Source: Lama guanicoe (Eukaryota). From it: a DNA stretch of 64,000 nt. This document shows positions 1 to 12,616 of the stretch, one piece after another. The stretch spans positions 310,001-374,000 of the forward strand of contig MU054032.1 in the NCBI GenBank assembly GCA_013239625.1, read 5' to 3'. The position numbers were made by a program, and so were the translations under genes. A model generated the notes under the pieces. It searched no databases, was not told the origin of the DNA, and saw only the letters and a program-made list of their open reading frames with translations. Position 1 is the stretch's first letter; every line of letters begins with the position of its first letter.

Positions 1-100
1 TTATTTATTTACTTGATGGAGGTATGGGGATTGAACCCAGGACCTCAGGCATGCTAAGCATGCCTCTACCAGTTGAGCTATACCCTGTCCCCCCCCCACC
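1..100 (-). mobile_element. tRNA-derived SINE (camelid-type), tail cut by window edge
   Basis: Reverse complement has tRNA-like A/B boxes (TATAGCTCAACTGGTAGAG...GGTTCAATCCCC) and an A-rich tail; same family as copies at 18879, 25650 and 26439. Confidence 0.85.
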
Positions 101-172
101 GGCTTTCTTAACCTTCCCATCCCTCTTCCTCTGCACAGTTGCCTGCATCATTTCTCCTGCTCTTCCCTCCAG

Positions 173-3100
173 GTGCTCTATTTCCTGGAGCCTGTTCGCT
201 GTCTAATCCAGAACCACCTTTGCCAAAAGGAATTCTGCCTGGCATGCGAACTGGGCTTCCTCTTCCACATGTTGGACCTCTCCCGAGGTGACCCTTGTCA
301 GGTCAGTGCCTGGAGACCTGGGACAATAAAGCAGAAGGGAGGTGGACAGTAGGCAGGGCAGCACTCTATAAATGGCCACAAAAGAGAAAATAACCCTTTT
401 TCACCAACACACTTCCTGGATTCCAGGGCAGTAACTTTCTTCGGGCGTTCCGCACCATTCCTGAGGCCTCAGCCCTTGGTCTGATTCTGGCTGACTCGGA
501 TGAGGCTTCAGGCAAGGGCAATCTGGCCAGGCTCATTCAGAGGTGGAATCGCTTCATCCTCACTCAACTGCATCAAGATATGCAGGAGCTGGAAGTACCC
601 CAGGCTTATCGAGGTGCTGGAGGCAGGTATGGAATTGGGACAGGAATAGTTAAAGCCATTGTGACAGGCCCCTTGGTGACTTTTGGGTCTCCTAAATCCC
701 TCAGTGTGCATATACTGCCCTCCTCACTCTTAGCAGCTTTTGCTCATCGGGGGACTCTGTCATCGGGCAGCTGTTCAGCTGTGAGATGGAAAACTGCAGC
801 CTCTGCCGCTGTGGCAGTGAGACCGTGCGAGCCTCATCCACCCTCCTCTTCACACTCTCCTACCCTGAGGGTAGCAACAGTGGTATACCCCGCAGCTGGG
901 TTGGGGAGGCTCCCCCGAGTGTCCTGTAACATCAGGGAAAGGGTGTTGGGGACCTAATGGTGGGTACAGGGAGGACCTGGAGTGAAGCATTCAGTTTCCC
1001 CTCAGATAAAACCGGGAAGAACTGTGACTTTGCTCAGGTGCTGAAGCGAAGCATCTGCCTGGAGCAGAATACACAGGCCTGGTGTGACAACTGTGAGAAG
1101 TACCAGCCCACGGTGAGTGGGCTGTTGCACTGGACTAGAGTCCTGCCATGTTGGGGACTTGGCCATGGTCTCATCTGGGACTGGCTGGGTCAGCACTGCC
1201 ATCCAGAGATCTGTGGGGAGTGGGAAGAACCCTAGTTTGAGGATACAGATTCAGGCTTACCTGTTCCTGTTGGGGTTTCTTTTCCTATAGGCTCCCTGCC
1301 ATTCCTCGTTTGTTTTATTTTCTCAGATTCAGACCCGCAACATCCGCCATCTGCCAGATATTCTTGTCATCAATTGTGAGGTGAATAGCCTGAAAGAAGC
1401 TGGTTTCTGGAGAATGCAGGCTGAGGTAAGGACTGGGGCTGAAAACGGACCTTTAGGAGTACTTTGTAGTTTTCTTCCTCTTCTGACCTCCATGTATGAT
1501 TGATGCTCCTGAGGAATTGGATATTTTCTCCTTTGTGTTCAGGTTGCCTTCAAGATGGCAATAAAAAAGCATGGTGGGGAGATCTCCAAGAGCAAGGAGT
1601 TTGCTTTGGCTGATTGGTAGGTTACTGTCTGTGGAGCACTCACAGGATTGAGCTACCCAGTGGCTCCTCTTGTCACTGGCTAGATCTCCTCAGGACAAAT
1701 TTCTAATTCTTTCATCCTGATAGGAAGGAACTAGGGAGTCCAGAGGGCATGCTGATGTGTCCCTCCATTGAGGAGTTGAAGAATGTCTGGCTTCCTTTCT
1801 CCCTTCGAATGAAGATGACTAAGAACAAAGGGCTGGATGTTTGCAATTGGACTGATGGGGATGAGATGCAGGTTGTTGAAAAACTGGGAAGAGGAGGGGG
1901 AATGAGGGAGAAAAGTTCGGGGCAGAAGCAGGGCAAGGGGAAGGTGGAACTTAGGATAGGAAAAAAGAGGAATAAGGCCTAGTAATTCACCAGTTGTGGG
2001 CTTCTCCAGAGTGATTCAGTTCAGGGTTGGGAGTCACAGATGGGCTAGGATGGAGAGTCCCTACCCTGGTCCCCTGTCCCCATACCCCAAACTCCCTGTC
2101 CTCTATCCCCCTTCCCCTTCCTTCCCCAACCTCAAACTTAGCTTAGCAGCCTGGGTACCCCCCTCACAGTGGGGCCCAGCCAGGGCAGAGGAGGAGCATG
2201 GTGTCTATGTGTATGACCTGATGGCTACTGTGGTACACATCCTGGACTCACGCACAGGGGGCAGCCTGGTGGCTCACATCAAAGTTGGAGAGACCTACCA
2301 CCAGCGCAAAGAGGTGAGTGAGGTAATACAGGGCAGGGACACTCCTGGTGATGTCCACAAAGGAGTCCCAGGTCTGTCCTTATCTCGAGTCTGAGCCAGA
2401 GTGGTTCAGCCATCACTTTGGTATCAGTCTTTCTCTGTATCTCCACAGGGCGTTACCCACCAGCAGTGGTATCTCTTCAATGACTTTCTCATTGAACCTA
2501 TTGATAAGGTTAGTTGTAACACATTCCATTCCCCCTTTCATCTCCCCCTTTCCTAGCATCCTCATCCTCAGTGCCCGAGAATGCCGGGCAGATTCAGGAA
2601 GGAGGGATGGGTCCTCAGTAATAAAAAGCATTAGCAGAGCTAAAAATAGCACCTGAATCCTGTCTTCTCTCTGACTTGGGAAAGAAGGGAAAGGGGGCAT
2701 ATATGTAGGCTACTGAGTGCTTTTTCTCTTTTAGCATGAAGCTGTGCAGTTTGACATGAACTGGAAAGTGCCTGCTATCCTTTATTACATCAAAAGGAAT
2801 CTTAATTCCAAATACAACCTGAATAGTAAGTGGTACAAAGTAGACCCAAGGGTGTGGGCAGTTTAGATTTGTCTTCAGGAAGAGCTCTGAGAAATAGCTT
2901 GTTAAGATCAGGATTGGTTATCAGTGTTACCAGGTGATCAGTTTCCAGGTAAAGAGATTTCTGCTCCTCAGGGCTTAAATTTAGAAGCTGGAGATCCTGA
3001 GGGTGTATGGGAAGAGGTGATGGAGAAGAAGTCTGATCAGAATGGCTAAGATTATGATTTTGAGCCTAGCCATTCTTATCCCCAAGTGCAGGTCTCTCCT

Positions 3101-5246
3101 TTTTTTGGCAATAAACTCCTTATTAAATCCCTTTTTAGTATCTTTAAGCCATAATTTCTCTGTAACTTTATTTTTCTGAATTTTCTAAGCTAAAGTTCAA
3201 AGTGAAAATCTTATTTTCACCTGTCTGTTGACTTTTGTTTTCTCTTAGCATATTTCCCGATCAGTTTCTGATTTGACCTGTTCCATCTATCTCCTCTGTT
3301 TGTCAGACATGATCTTTTTACTCACGTGCTTGGATTATTGAGGGAACACAGTGTAGACTGGTCTGTAGTCAGACACTCTGGCTTCCCTCCCCTGGTCCCT
3401 TCCCTTTCCCCAGCTGTCTGTGTTCTGGATTCTCCCTTCCAGTCAAGAACCCTATTGAGGCAAGTGTTCTACTGGCTGAAGCCTCACTAGCACGGAAGCA
3501 GCGGAAAACACATACTACCTTTATTCCACTGATGCCAAATGAGATGCCACAGGTTGGGGACCTGGTGGGCTTAGACGCTGAGTTTGTCACCCTTAATGAG
3601 GTAACCAAGACCAAAAGGGTGGGGTGTTGGAACAGAACTCTGAAGATATTAGGAGTCATAAGCATTTCTCTGGTTTTCTTACTAAGTCTTTCCACGTAGG
3701 AGGAAGCAGAGCTGCGCAGTGATGGCACCAAGTCTACAATCAAGCCTAGCCAGATGTCAGTAGCGAGGATTACCTGCGTTAGGGGCCAGGGACCCAATGA
3801 GGGCATCCCCTTCATTGATGACTACATTTCTACCCAGGAGCAGGTATTAGGATGTTGGAGGTGCAAATGAAACAAGCCCTGTGCTTATACAGGGTGCCCT
3901 AAAACCCAGGGAAGAGTGGCAGGGGGAACTGTGCGCCTCGCCTCCTGGGCGACTTGCCCTTTTCTCTATCCCTAGGTGGTGGATTACTTGACTCAGTACT
4001 CGGGGATAAAGCCAGGAGACCTTGATGCCAAGATTTCCTCTAAGCACCTCACAACTCTGAAGTCTACCTATTTAAAGCTTCGTTTTCTCATAGACATTGG
4101 AGTCAAGTTTGTGGGTCATGGTCTGCAGAAGGACTTCCGGGTCATCAACCTCATGGTTCGGGCAGGGCTTTTTTAAGAGTCTTCTTTGCATGTGGTCCCT
4201 CCAGGGTATACATCATGCGTTTGGGAAAATGGGAAATTATGGATCCCCTACCTTCAGCCTCCTACTCTTTTGTCCCTGGCAGGTGCCCAAGGACCAAGTC
4301 CTTGACACTGTTTATCTATTTCACATGCCCCGAAAACGAATGATTTCCCTGCGATTCCTTGCTTGGTACTTTCTAGGTGAGTTGCTCTGCCCTGGAGGCC
4401 CTTGTGGTGCTCAGGAAGAACGTAAAAAAGTATAACAGACCAAGGGGAGCAGGCAGGACCCTGAGTTAGTGGTGAGAGTTATTGACGGATTTAATTAGTT
4501 TCATGATCCCTTCTCTGCACTAGGGATGATGTGTGGCTCTTTCTCGTAAGGGCAGTCGGGTTTTTTATTACGGTTTATTGAGAGTTGGGGATGTGAGTAG
4601 AGGACATGTTCTTACCTCCCTTTGCTAGGTCCCAAACTATTCCACCTCTACTTCCCCCAGACCTGAAGATTCAAGGGGAGACCCACGACAGTATTGAGGA
4701 TGCCCGCACAGCTCTTCAGCTTTACCGAAAGTATCTGGAACTAAGCAAAAATGGCACTGAACCTGAGTCCTTCCACAAAGTGCTCAAGGGCCTTTACGAA
4801 AAAGGCCGAAAGATGGACTGGAAGGTGCCTGAGCCTGAGGGCCAGACAAGTCCCAAGAGTAAGGCCTGGGATGGGACAGGGGAAACTAGACTAGGGGGTT
4901 TTGATTGCATATGTGAAAATTACACCCACCATAGTAAGAATGACATGATGTTAACAACTGTACTACCCCAGCCTTAATATTTGTAAAGCACTTAACACTT
5001 TACAAATCACTTAATCCTCTCAAAATTCAGTGAAACAGATTTTATTATTGAAATTCTCTATTGGTCCTAACCTCCTCTTGCCCAATTCTGAAATGTTTGG
5101 AGCAGGTCCATGCCCTTTTTTCTCTTGCTTTTTTCCTTCATAAGAAGTATCCTAGGTGCTTTTTCTCTGCTTACCTTAAGAGTCAATGCTTTTGGTTTTG
5201 CCTCTTGACAGATGCAGCTGTCTTCTCCTCAGTGCTGCCGCTCTGA
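173..5246 (+). CDS. PAN2: PAN2 deadenylase catalytic subunit, 3' part (UCH-like domain and DEDD exonuclease); 5' exons outside window
   Basis: GT-AG exons in frame: 173-301, 427-626, 734-882 (alt 737 / 870), 1006-1112, 1327-1425, 1543-1616, 1724-1871, 2170-2313, 2449-2508, 2735-2825, 3443-3600, 3700-3843, 3976-4155, 4283-4376, 4661-4858, 5212-5246 (TGA). Motifs [23 protein letters not shown]. Confidence 0.97.
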
Positions 5247-5876
5247 CCTCATCGTCTCCCAATGAACAACTCCCTCTCCCTTCAATGTTCTGTGGCCCAA
5301 GAACTGGGAGATGGCTTCCCAAGTTGGCTATACCCTGTCTACTTCCAGAATTGGACCTGCTCAGGGTCTACAGATGGTGCTATTAATAGAACTGGAATGC
5401 AGCAGAATTGTTGCAAAGGGTCTAGGAGCCAGATTCCTTTTTCATCCTTTGCAGAATAGTGGGCGAGAAACAGTCTAGAATTGACCCAGATGGAAAATAA
5501 TTAGCATTCTTAATAAATATCCTGGGTAGTTAACTCAGGCAAAGAAGCTCCTGGAACCAAAACTTTTCAGTTCCTACTTAGTAAGTACTGAAGTCCCAGA
5601 CAATGACATGATACAACAATAGTTCAAGACCTAGCTCAAGTCTCTGCCTGAGGGATGCCTGGAGGGGCCAACATTTAGGGTCTTGGTGGCCCCAGCAAAC
5701 CAGTGTTGCCAACATCATCATTGCCAAAAGGGCCTTTGGGTCCTAGACCAAGCTTGGCTGTTGGCTTCACTCCTGCTGACAGCTGAGAAGCATCTGTCTT
5801 CCATCCACTCTCCTGTCCCAAGTCTTGTTTTCTTGTTATTTTTTAAAAATTTTGTTTTAAACTGCATGTTTTATAA

Positions 5877-5882
5877 AATAAA
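5877..5882 (+). terminator. PAN2 polyadenylation signal
   Basis: AATAAA about 630 nt after the stop, followed by GT-rich sequence. Confidence 0.75.
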
Positions 5883-6189
5883 ACCAAAAATATTATTATG
5901 TGTCATCTATCTCATTAGAAACGTGCCAGTGTGTGGTTCTCTGACTTCAGCCCTCATCTCCTTTTGTGTTGGCGTTACTACTGGTAAAAAACACTAAGGC
6001 TTTCAAATTTACACCTAGAAATCAAAGTAAAGCTCTGGAGTCCAAAGTTAAGGATTTTGAAGGAATATAATTATGTCTCTCCTGGGCAGTGTTATGTCTT
6101 TGCTGTGGCAGCGTAGAAGCCTAAGGTCGGATTCTTTTAAGACGTACAGTATGGTTTCCCTGTTAAATGTGTAAAAGGGGAGTTGGAGA

Positions 6190-6813
6190 AGCTGACAAAC
6201 TACAGGTCCCAGGACATCTTAAAACGTGTAGTTACTACCAAAGAATCTGTGTGGTGCTGCGGTGCTTCCTGGGAGATGTAGTTTTCTCGGTACTGAAACC
6301 AGGGCTTCTCAGTGGCTAGCAGCGCACCTTTCTTTTTGAAGGTCCCAGCCCACCTAGACTGGCAAGCGCGAGCTTGACAGCCTCCATGCACCACGTCGGG
6401 CTCTGTCCCTGCTTCAAGCCACTCCTATTCTTCAGCTGGCCCCTAGTGGTCACGTGGAGCTGCTCGCCACGCAAGTCTGGGTCCTGAGAGCCACCGGGGT
6501 CCTCGCTGCCTGGGAGCCGCTCCTAGGCTGCCTGTTCGCGCGAGAGTTTGGAGGGGCGGGCTTGGGGTCGGTCTTCGGTGTGGGGCTCATACTACAGCGC
6601 ATCCAAGCCCTGCTTAGCTGTCCGCTTAGGGTGCGAGGAGCTGAGCTGGCTCAGGCGGTCTCCGGGGCACCCCGCGTCTAGAAAGCGCAGGAGCGCTCTG
6701 GAGAAGCCTGGACAGCCCCGCTTCCCCGCAGCCAGGTGGTAGGGTCGGAAGCTAAAGTGAGAATCCGGCTGTCTTCCAGCGCCTGGGCCACGGCGGCGGC
6801 CCTGGGAGCAGAG
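6190..6813 (+). promoter_or_regulatory. CNPY2: CNPY2 CpG-rich promoter and non-coding first exon
   Basis: CpG-rich; ACTACAnnTCCC motifs at 6199-6210 (+) and 6271-6282 (-); CACGTG at 6451; probable donor GAG|GTGGGA at 6813 to acceptor at 7394. Confidence 0.75.
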
Positions 6814-7418
6814 GTGGGATGGATGCGAGTGGCACTGAGGGTCGGGGATGGACAGAAGCGAAGGCAATGGCGGGGTCTTTAGAAAGGGGGCTGGTCCGCA
6901 TGGGGGATAACTTATAGGTTGGTGTTAGGGATGCAGTGATCTTCGGTGCTGGGTCCAAATAGGCCTCAGTTTTTGAGTGCTCTTCGCCAGTCAGCTACCT
7001 CGCTACCTCCTGGCCAGAATCATCTACTCTCCTTGCCAGCAGCTCCTCTGTGCTTGTCGTCCTTGTTTAATCGCCAACCACCGATCCGTAGCTGCCACAT
7101 AGGACTGTGAGTCCTAGGCAGCCGACGCCTAAGTCCTGACATCTAGGGCCTCACCTGTAGTGTCTGGGGCTGAGCCCCAATTCCGGGCTTGAGCTCTCAC
7201 CCACCGCCCCTGGGAATCCGGGTCCTTGAGCGCCAGAACAGAGGAACCCCTTTGTGTCCCGGCTATTTCCTGGAAAGTAGAGCCAGATCACACTGAGGCC
7301 TTTGTAGGCCTGGGTGGCGGGGGGGGGGGGGTGGTAGCAGGGGAGAGTGGAGCCGGCTCCTCACACCTGTGCTTTATTTCAATCCAAACCCAGGTGGAGC
7401 AACCCCATTACGCTAAAG

Positions 7419-9529
7419 ATGAAAGGCTGGGGTTGGCTGGCCCTGCTTCTAGGGGCCCTGCTGGGAACTGCCTGGGCTCGGAGGAGCCAGGATCTACACT
7501 GTGGAGGTAAAGGCACAAAAGAAGAAATGGGAGGAAAGGAGGTGGGGGAGAAAGAGCCTTGAGAGGGCATGGGATCCAAGACCTGAGAAAAGGATGAATG
7601 GAAATCCCTGGGTTGATTCTTTTCTCTGCTCCCCCCTCCCTCCCCTTGCACCAGCTTGCAGGGCTCTGGTGGATGAACTAGAGTGGGAAATTGCCCGGGT
7701 GGATCCCAAGAAGACCATTCAGATGGGCTCTTTCCGAATCAATCCAGATGGCAGCCAGTCAGTGGTGGAGGTAACTGTGACTGTTCCCCCCTGCAAAACA
7801 ACTCAATCTTTGAATGAGAACTTAACTGATTAAAGAAGGACCTTAGTTTAATAGAAATGAAGAAAACACTGACCCACAGAAGTGTCTAAAAGATTAGGCT
7901 GTCTCATTTGGAAAAGGCTGGAGGCTTATAACCTATGCACTTGCTTCCTGGCTCCAAACCTTAATACTTTGTTTCTGCTGTAGAAGTTGTTAGCAGACAG
8001 GGAACCTTGATTAGCCGCCTTATTCATATCCTTAATCCACATGACTTGTGTTTTCACTACGGCAGTATGGTATACATACAAACATTCGTTCGAAAAAGAG
8101 GTAGGTCTTATCCTTATATTTAGGAAATTTATTTTAGTTGAAAACATAACACACATGACATAAACCTGTACCTAGTGAGCATCTGAGAAACGTTATGGTT
8201 ATGATCCTTGTGAAATGCTTTAATAGTTATCCTCAAAGCCTGCACTACCTCTCTAATGCTTTCCCACTGAGGGCAGGTATCAGTCGCATTTCAATACAAA
8301 AAAAATCATTACCTTACATCCCAAAAAATGAAAGGAATTCAAAAATTTTTTTAAATGAAGGGAATTCAAACGGAGAGAACACATAATTGACTAGGGTTAA
8401 TCAAAGAGGCCGTTTATCTGTAATTTGGAGCTAATGACACCTATTTTATTTTTGAGGCTCGTGTAACGAAGTAAAATAAGATCATATATCAGAACTACAC
8501 AAATCATACTGTTTTTAAATTAGGGAAGGCTTTTTAGAATAGGTTGGTTGAGCTAGATTTGGAAGGAAAAGTAAGGAAATAAATTACTAATGTACAGAGG
8601 TAGAAGAATGTGACCCAAGGCTGAGGACATTTCTAGGTGCCTTATGCTCGCTCAGAGGCCCACCTCACAGAGCTGCTCGAGGAGGTGTGTGACCGGATGA
8701 AGGAGTATGGGGAACAGATAGACCCTTCCACCCACCGCAAGAACTACGTGCGTGTAGTGGGACGGAATGGAGAATCCAGTGAACTGGATCTACAAGGCAT
8801 CCGAATTGATTCAGACATCAGCGGCACCCTCAAGTTTGCGGTAAGCTATGGGAGTGGGCAGCTGGTTCTTGGAAATTAGGGGAGTTATTGGAGAGCCCAA
8901 GTGGAAAGTTGGGTTAATGTCTTTGTCCTCCTCTCTGGAGGTGGAGACCAGAGGCTTCCTCTTGTTGTCCTCTCTTACTCGTTTCTCCCTTGGGCTGACA
9001 GTGTGAGAGCATTGTGGAGGAATATGAAGATGAACTCATTGAATTCTTTTCCCGAGAGGCTGACAATGTTAAAGACAAACTTTGTAGTAAGCGAACAGGT
9101 AAGCTACTGCCACTTTACCTCCCGTCCTCACAGCCCTGTGGAACCTGGCACATTCTCTAGCGTGTGTCCCACCCCCACTCCTCCAGTACCCTCCTAACAA
9201 CACCCCCCAACCTAATCCTCAGAAACTAGCTCAAGCTTCGACTTCCATTACATATGGCGTAGAAGCCTGGGTTGTTTCTCTCCCTTCTCTGTCAGCTTTC
9301 AGAATTTGAGGCTCCCTCACCTGAGATACAAGTGAGAGGACATAAGAATGTTTTCTCGTTTAAAAGCACATGCTCTGAAAAATGGTGGGGGGGGTGTCTG
9401 TTTGTTTTGAAGTATTTTTCTTGATAGTGGCATATATCAGTATGAGAGTGGCATTTTCTTTCAAACTGTTATGTGCTATTTGCAGATCTCTGTGACCATG
9501 CCCTGCATATATCACATGATGAGCTATGA
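7419..9529 (+). CDS. CNPY2: Protein canopy homolog 2 (saposin-like ER protein), 182 aa
   Basis: Exons 7419-7506, 7655-7770, 8637-8840, 9002-9098, 9486-9529 = 549 nt; signal peptide MKGWGWLALLLGALLGTAWA, C-terminal HDEL. Confidence 0.97.
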
Positions 9530-12249
9530 ACCACTGGAGCAGCCCAGAATGACAGGCTTGATGGATCACCCCCAGGAGGGGAAGAGGGTGGCAATGCCTT
9601 TTATATTATGTTTTTACTGAAATGAACTGAAAAAATATGAAACCAAAAGTATGAACTGTGTTGTCTTTTCATGCCCAGAATCGGCCCTTACATTAGGCTT
9701 GAAAATAGGGGATTCCAGACTGGAAAGAAAAGAGAAGGAAGAGCTTTGGAAACGATGTAGCATAATGGTAGGAGGAGCCTGAAGCTCTCATTCTTTTGCC
9801 ATCTGAGATTCCTGCTGGACTCACAAACTAGATAAGCATTGATTTGGTGCCTATTCAACATAACGTGTTTAGAGTCTAATTATAGCAAGAAGAGGAACCT
9901 CTATGAATAAGCTAGGAAATAAGTGTATGGTAGTATAGGATTCTAGAAATTTCTTGTATTCATCCTGATGAAACATAAGGTAAGACAGAGCTTCGTCTTG
10001 AAGGAAATAGATCATTCCTCCCTCCCTACCCTTCCAGATGGAGGGATCGGCAAGAGCAGACAGGAGGGAGCAAATGGATGTGATCAACTCAGCTGAAAAG
10101 GAAAGGCTTTGTCAGATAGGGAGAAATGAGGTAAGGAATGGTATTTAATGAAAAGCCTTGCTTGGTGGCCTAAGCTTTCAGATTTGATGCCAACAGCAAC
10201 ACTAAAGTATACATTTTATCATCTCCATCACTAGGCATTGTCAGTCTGGACTATAAGTCTGTCTCCACTTTTTGTGGGTAGAGATTCTGTACTGGGGCAT
10301 AGGGATGAAAATATAAAGGATACCTTCTCTGAGGAGCTTCTCAAACACCCTCATGCTGAGGTGTGGCTGTCTCAGGGTTTGGAATGGAACATTTCGGCCC
10401 CAGAAAAGCCTCAGGGGGAGAACACCTGTTTTTCAGGTTTATTCGATTTCAAAGACTTTTTAAACTAAGCTCTTTAGAAGCTAAAGGGAGCTTGGAGGTC
10501 ATCTAGTTTACCTCTGCAGATTTTTACAGATGAGGAGACTGAGACCTAGAGAAATCATAGGTCCTGAAGTTCTATATTTAGTGGCAAAACTGGATCTATA
10601 AGTTAGTGTTCTCAAGTGTCAGTCTGATCTAACATAGCTGTGAAGTAGCTTCTCCTTTAAGTCTTTTTTCCTCCTAAGATCTTGCACTAAGCCCTGGCAC
10701 ACAGATTGAATATAGTCACAAAGCTTTCTCATACCACAAATCCCTGTGAAACCTAACAATTAACTAGCCCAGGGTAAGCACCCTGATGTTAGTTGACAAC
10801 TAAACTCAGGGTCTGGTGCTAATTCCTTCTTCTCTCATCAGTCATAAGAGATGCTGTCAAATAGTTTTCCACATTAGCTGTTACTAACCTTTATTTCTTC
10901 TGTGATGCATGTAAATAATGTTCACATGCTTCATATCCCTGTGAGTATACCCAGGATTCTGTCCATTGCCTGCTTGGTGTCTAAAAAGTTCTTACTCTGA
11001 CACCGGAAAACTTACCAGAGCCTAAGTGAGAGTGCTCTTATAGGGATCTTGAAACTGTTTTAATTTACAAAAAAGCAAATTATTTACAAGTTTTAATAAA
11101 TAAAACAAGTTTAATACTAGCCAGTAATAAATTACCTGGGGTACACCTCACTGGTTTGTCAAGGTATAGCTGTTCAGAACTCTCCAGCCACTGGGACACA
11201 GGCATGTCTCATATAAGGAAGAGTGGACATTATTATCCTTGACTTGATCCTCAGAAAGCCAGGAGGATATTCTTTGCATATCTTTTAATTCATATCCCAG
11301 GGTAGCACAAGGAATCCATGAATTTATCTGAACCTTTCTGGAGGCTCACTATAACAAATTATTCTAGTCCAGTATTTGGTAGAGCATACACTCAACCTTG
11401 CATATCTGGTTACACCTAAAGTTCTAGATGCCTTCTAAATGAGTTTATCAGTAAAATGTTAGAATTTAAAGAAACTTTCCCAAAGACAGTGTTAAATGAG
11501 ATCCAGGTGTGACTAGGAAATTGTATATGTGAAAACCTAGTCCTTTAAAAATAACTTTTAGAGGATTTCTTGCTGTAAAAAGGATTCAGAACAAGAAGAG
11601 GATTCCTTTAAATACAGGACAAAGATGAGCAGCAAGGGGAAAAGAACTAGTATATGTTAAATACTCAGAACAAGCACATACACACACTTAGTTAATTGTT
11701 ACAACTCTAAGAAATATTAGATGTTACTCCCATTTTACAAGTGAAGAAACCAAGCTCAAAGAGGGACGGGGGAGCCACGGCTTCAATCTTATCGCTAGGC
11801 CAAAGGAGTCTCCATGTAGTCCCCAGTGGCTATATAAAGTAGTACTTCTTTTATTTCTTTGAAAACTACCTTCAAGTTTGAACATGTGTTCTCTGAGTCT
11901 AGTAATATACAGTAAAAAAAGCACTATGTCCTCTTTTCAGTCATTTTTCCAGGCTGATTATTCCCTGTAAGAAGCCCATTCTACCTCCCTGGTCATTTTA
12001 GGTGCTAAATGTTTGTCTCTCCTACTTTTATTACTTGCATTCTGGGAGGGTCACCATTTATCATGTATTTCAGGTATGAGGGTACAAAGGTTTTACAGGA
12101 TGAATAAGACTGTAGTCTTATCTTTTAAAATATCATTAAATATAGCAACACACTGAACTGATGTGCCAGGAGATAGTTAACAATGACTCAAAAGTCCCCT
12201 TCCTGAATTGCAGCTGATTATTTACAGTCATCACCATATAAAGTAACTA

Positions 12250-12485
12250 GTAGTTAAGATACAGCTTCTGGAGTAAGGCCAACCTAGGTCTGAATTCTAG
12301 CAATGCCAGTAGCAAGCTATGGCCCTGAGCAGGATACTTTATCTAAATCTTGGTTTCCTCCTCTGTAGATATACTAATATTACCTACATCCCTTAGAGTT
12401 GTGAGGATTCATTAAGATAATGCATGTACCACATTCAAATAGTATCTGTAAATATTAAGCATTCAATAAATTTTAGCTATTACCC
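12250..12485 (+). mobile_element. MIR SINE
   Basis: MIR-like core GTTTCCTCCTCTGTAGATATACTAATATTACCTAC...GTTGTGAGGATT; ends approximate. Confidence 0.75.
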
Positions 12486-12550
12486 ATTAAATAAGAGTTT
12501 GGTTTACTGATAATGGATTTAAGTTTAGGCTGCATTCTTCCACTTATCCT

Positions 12551-12569
12551 TGGCCACTAGGGGGCACCA
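12551..12569 (+). promoter_or_regulatory. CTCF-binding motif
   Basis: TGGCCACTAGGGGGCACCA, near-consensus CTCF core. Confidence 0.7.
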
Positions 12570-12590
12570 TTGCCTCTGTCCATTTTTAAG

Positions 12591-12616
12591 AGGTCATCCC
12601 AAGGTCAGGATGACCT
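12591..12616. promoter_or_regulatory. Composite nuclear-receptor element (DR5 + IR3/ERE + extended CAAGGTCA half-site)
   Basis: AGGTCA-tccca-AGGTCA-gga-TGACCT, three perfect half-sites. Confidence 0.6.
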
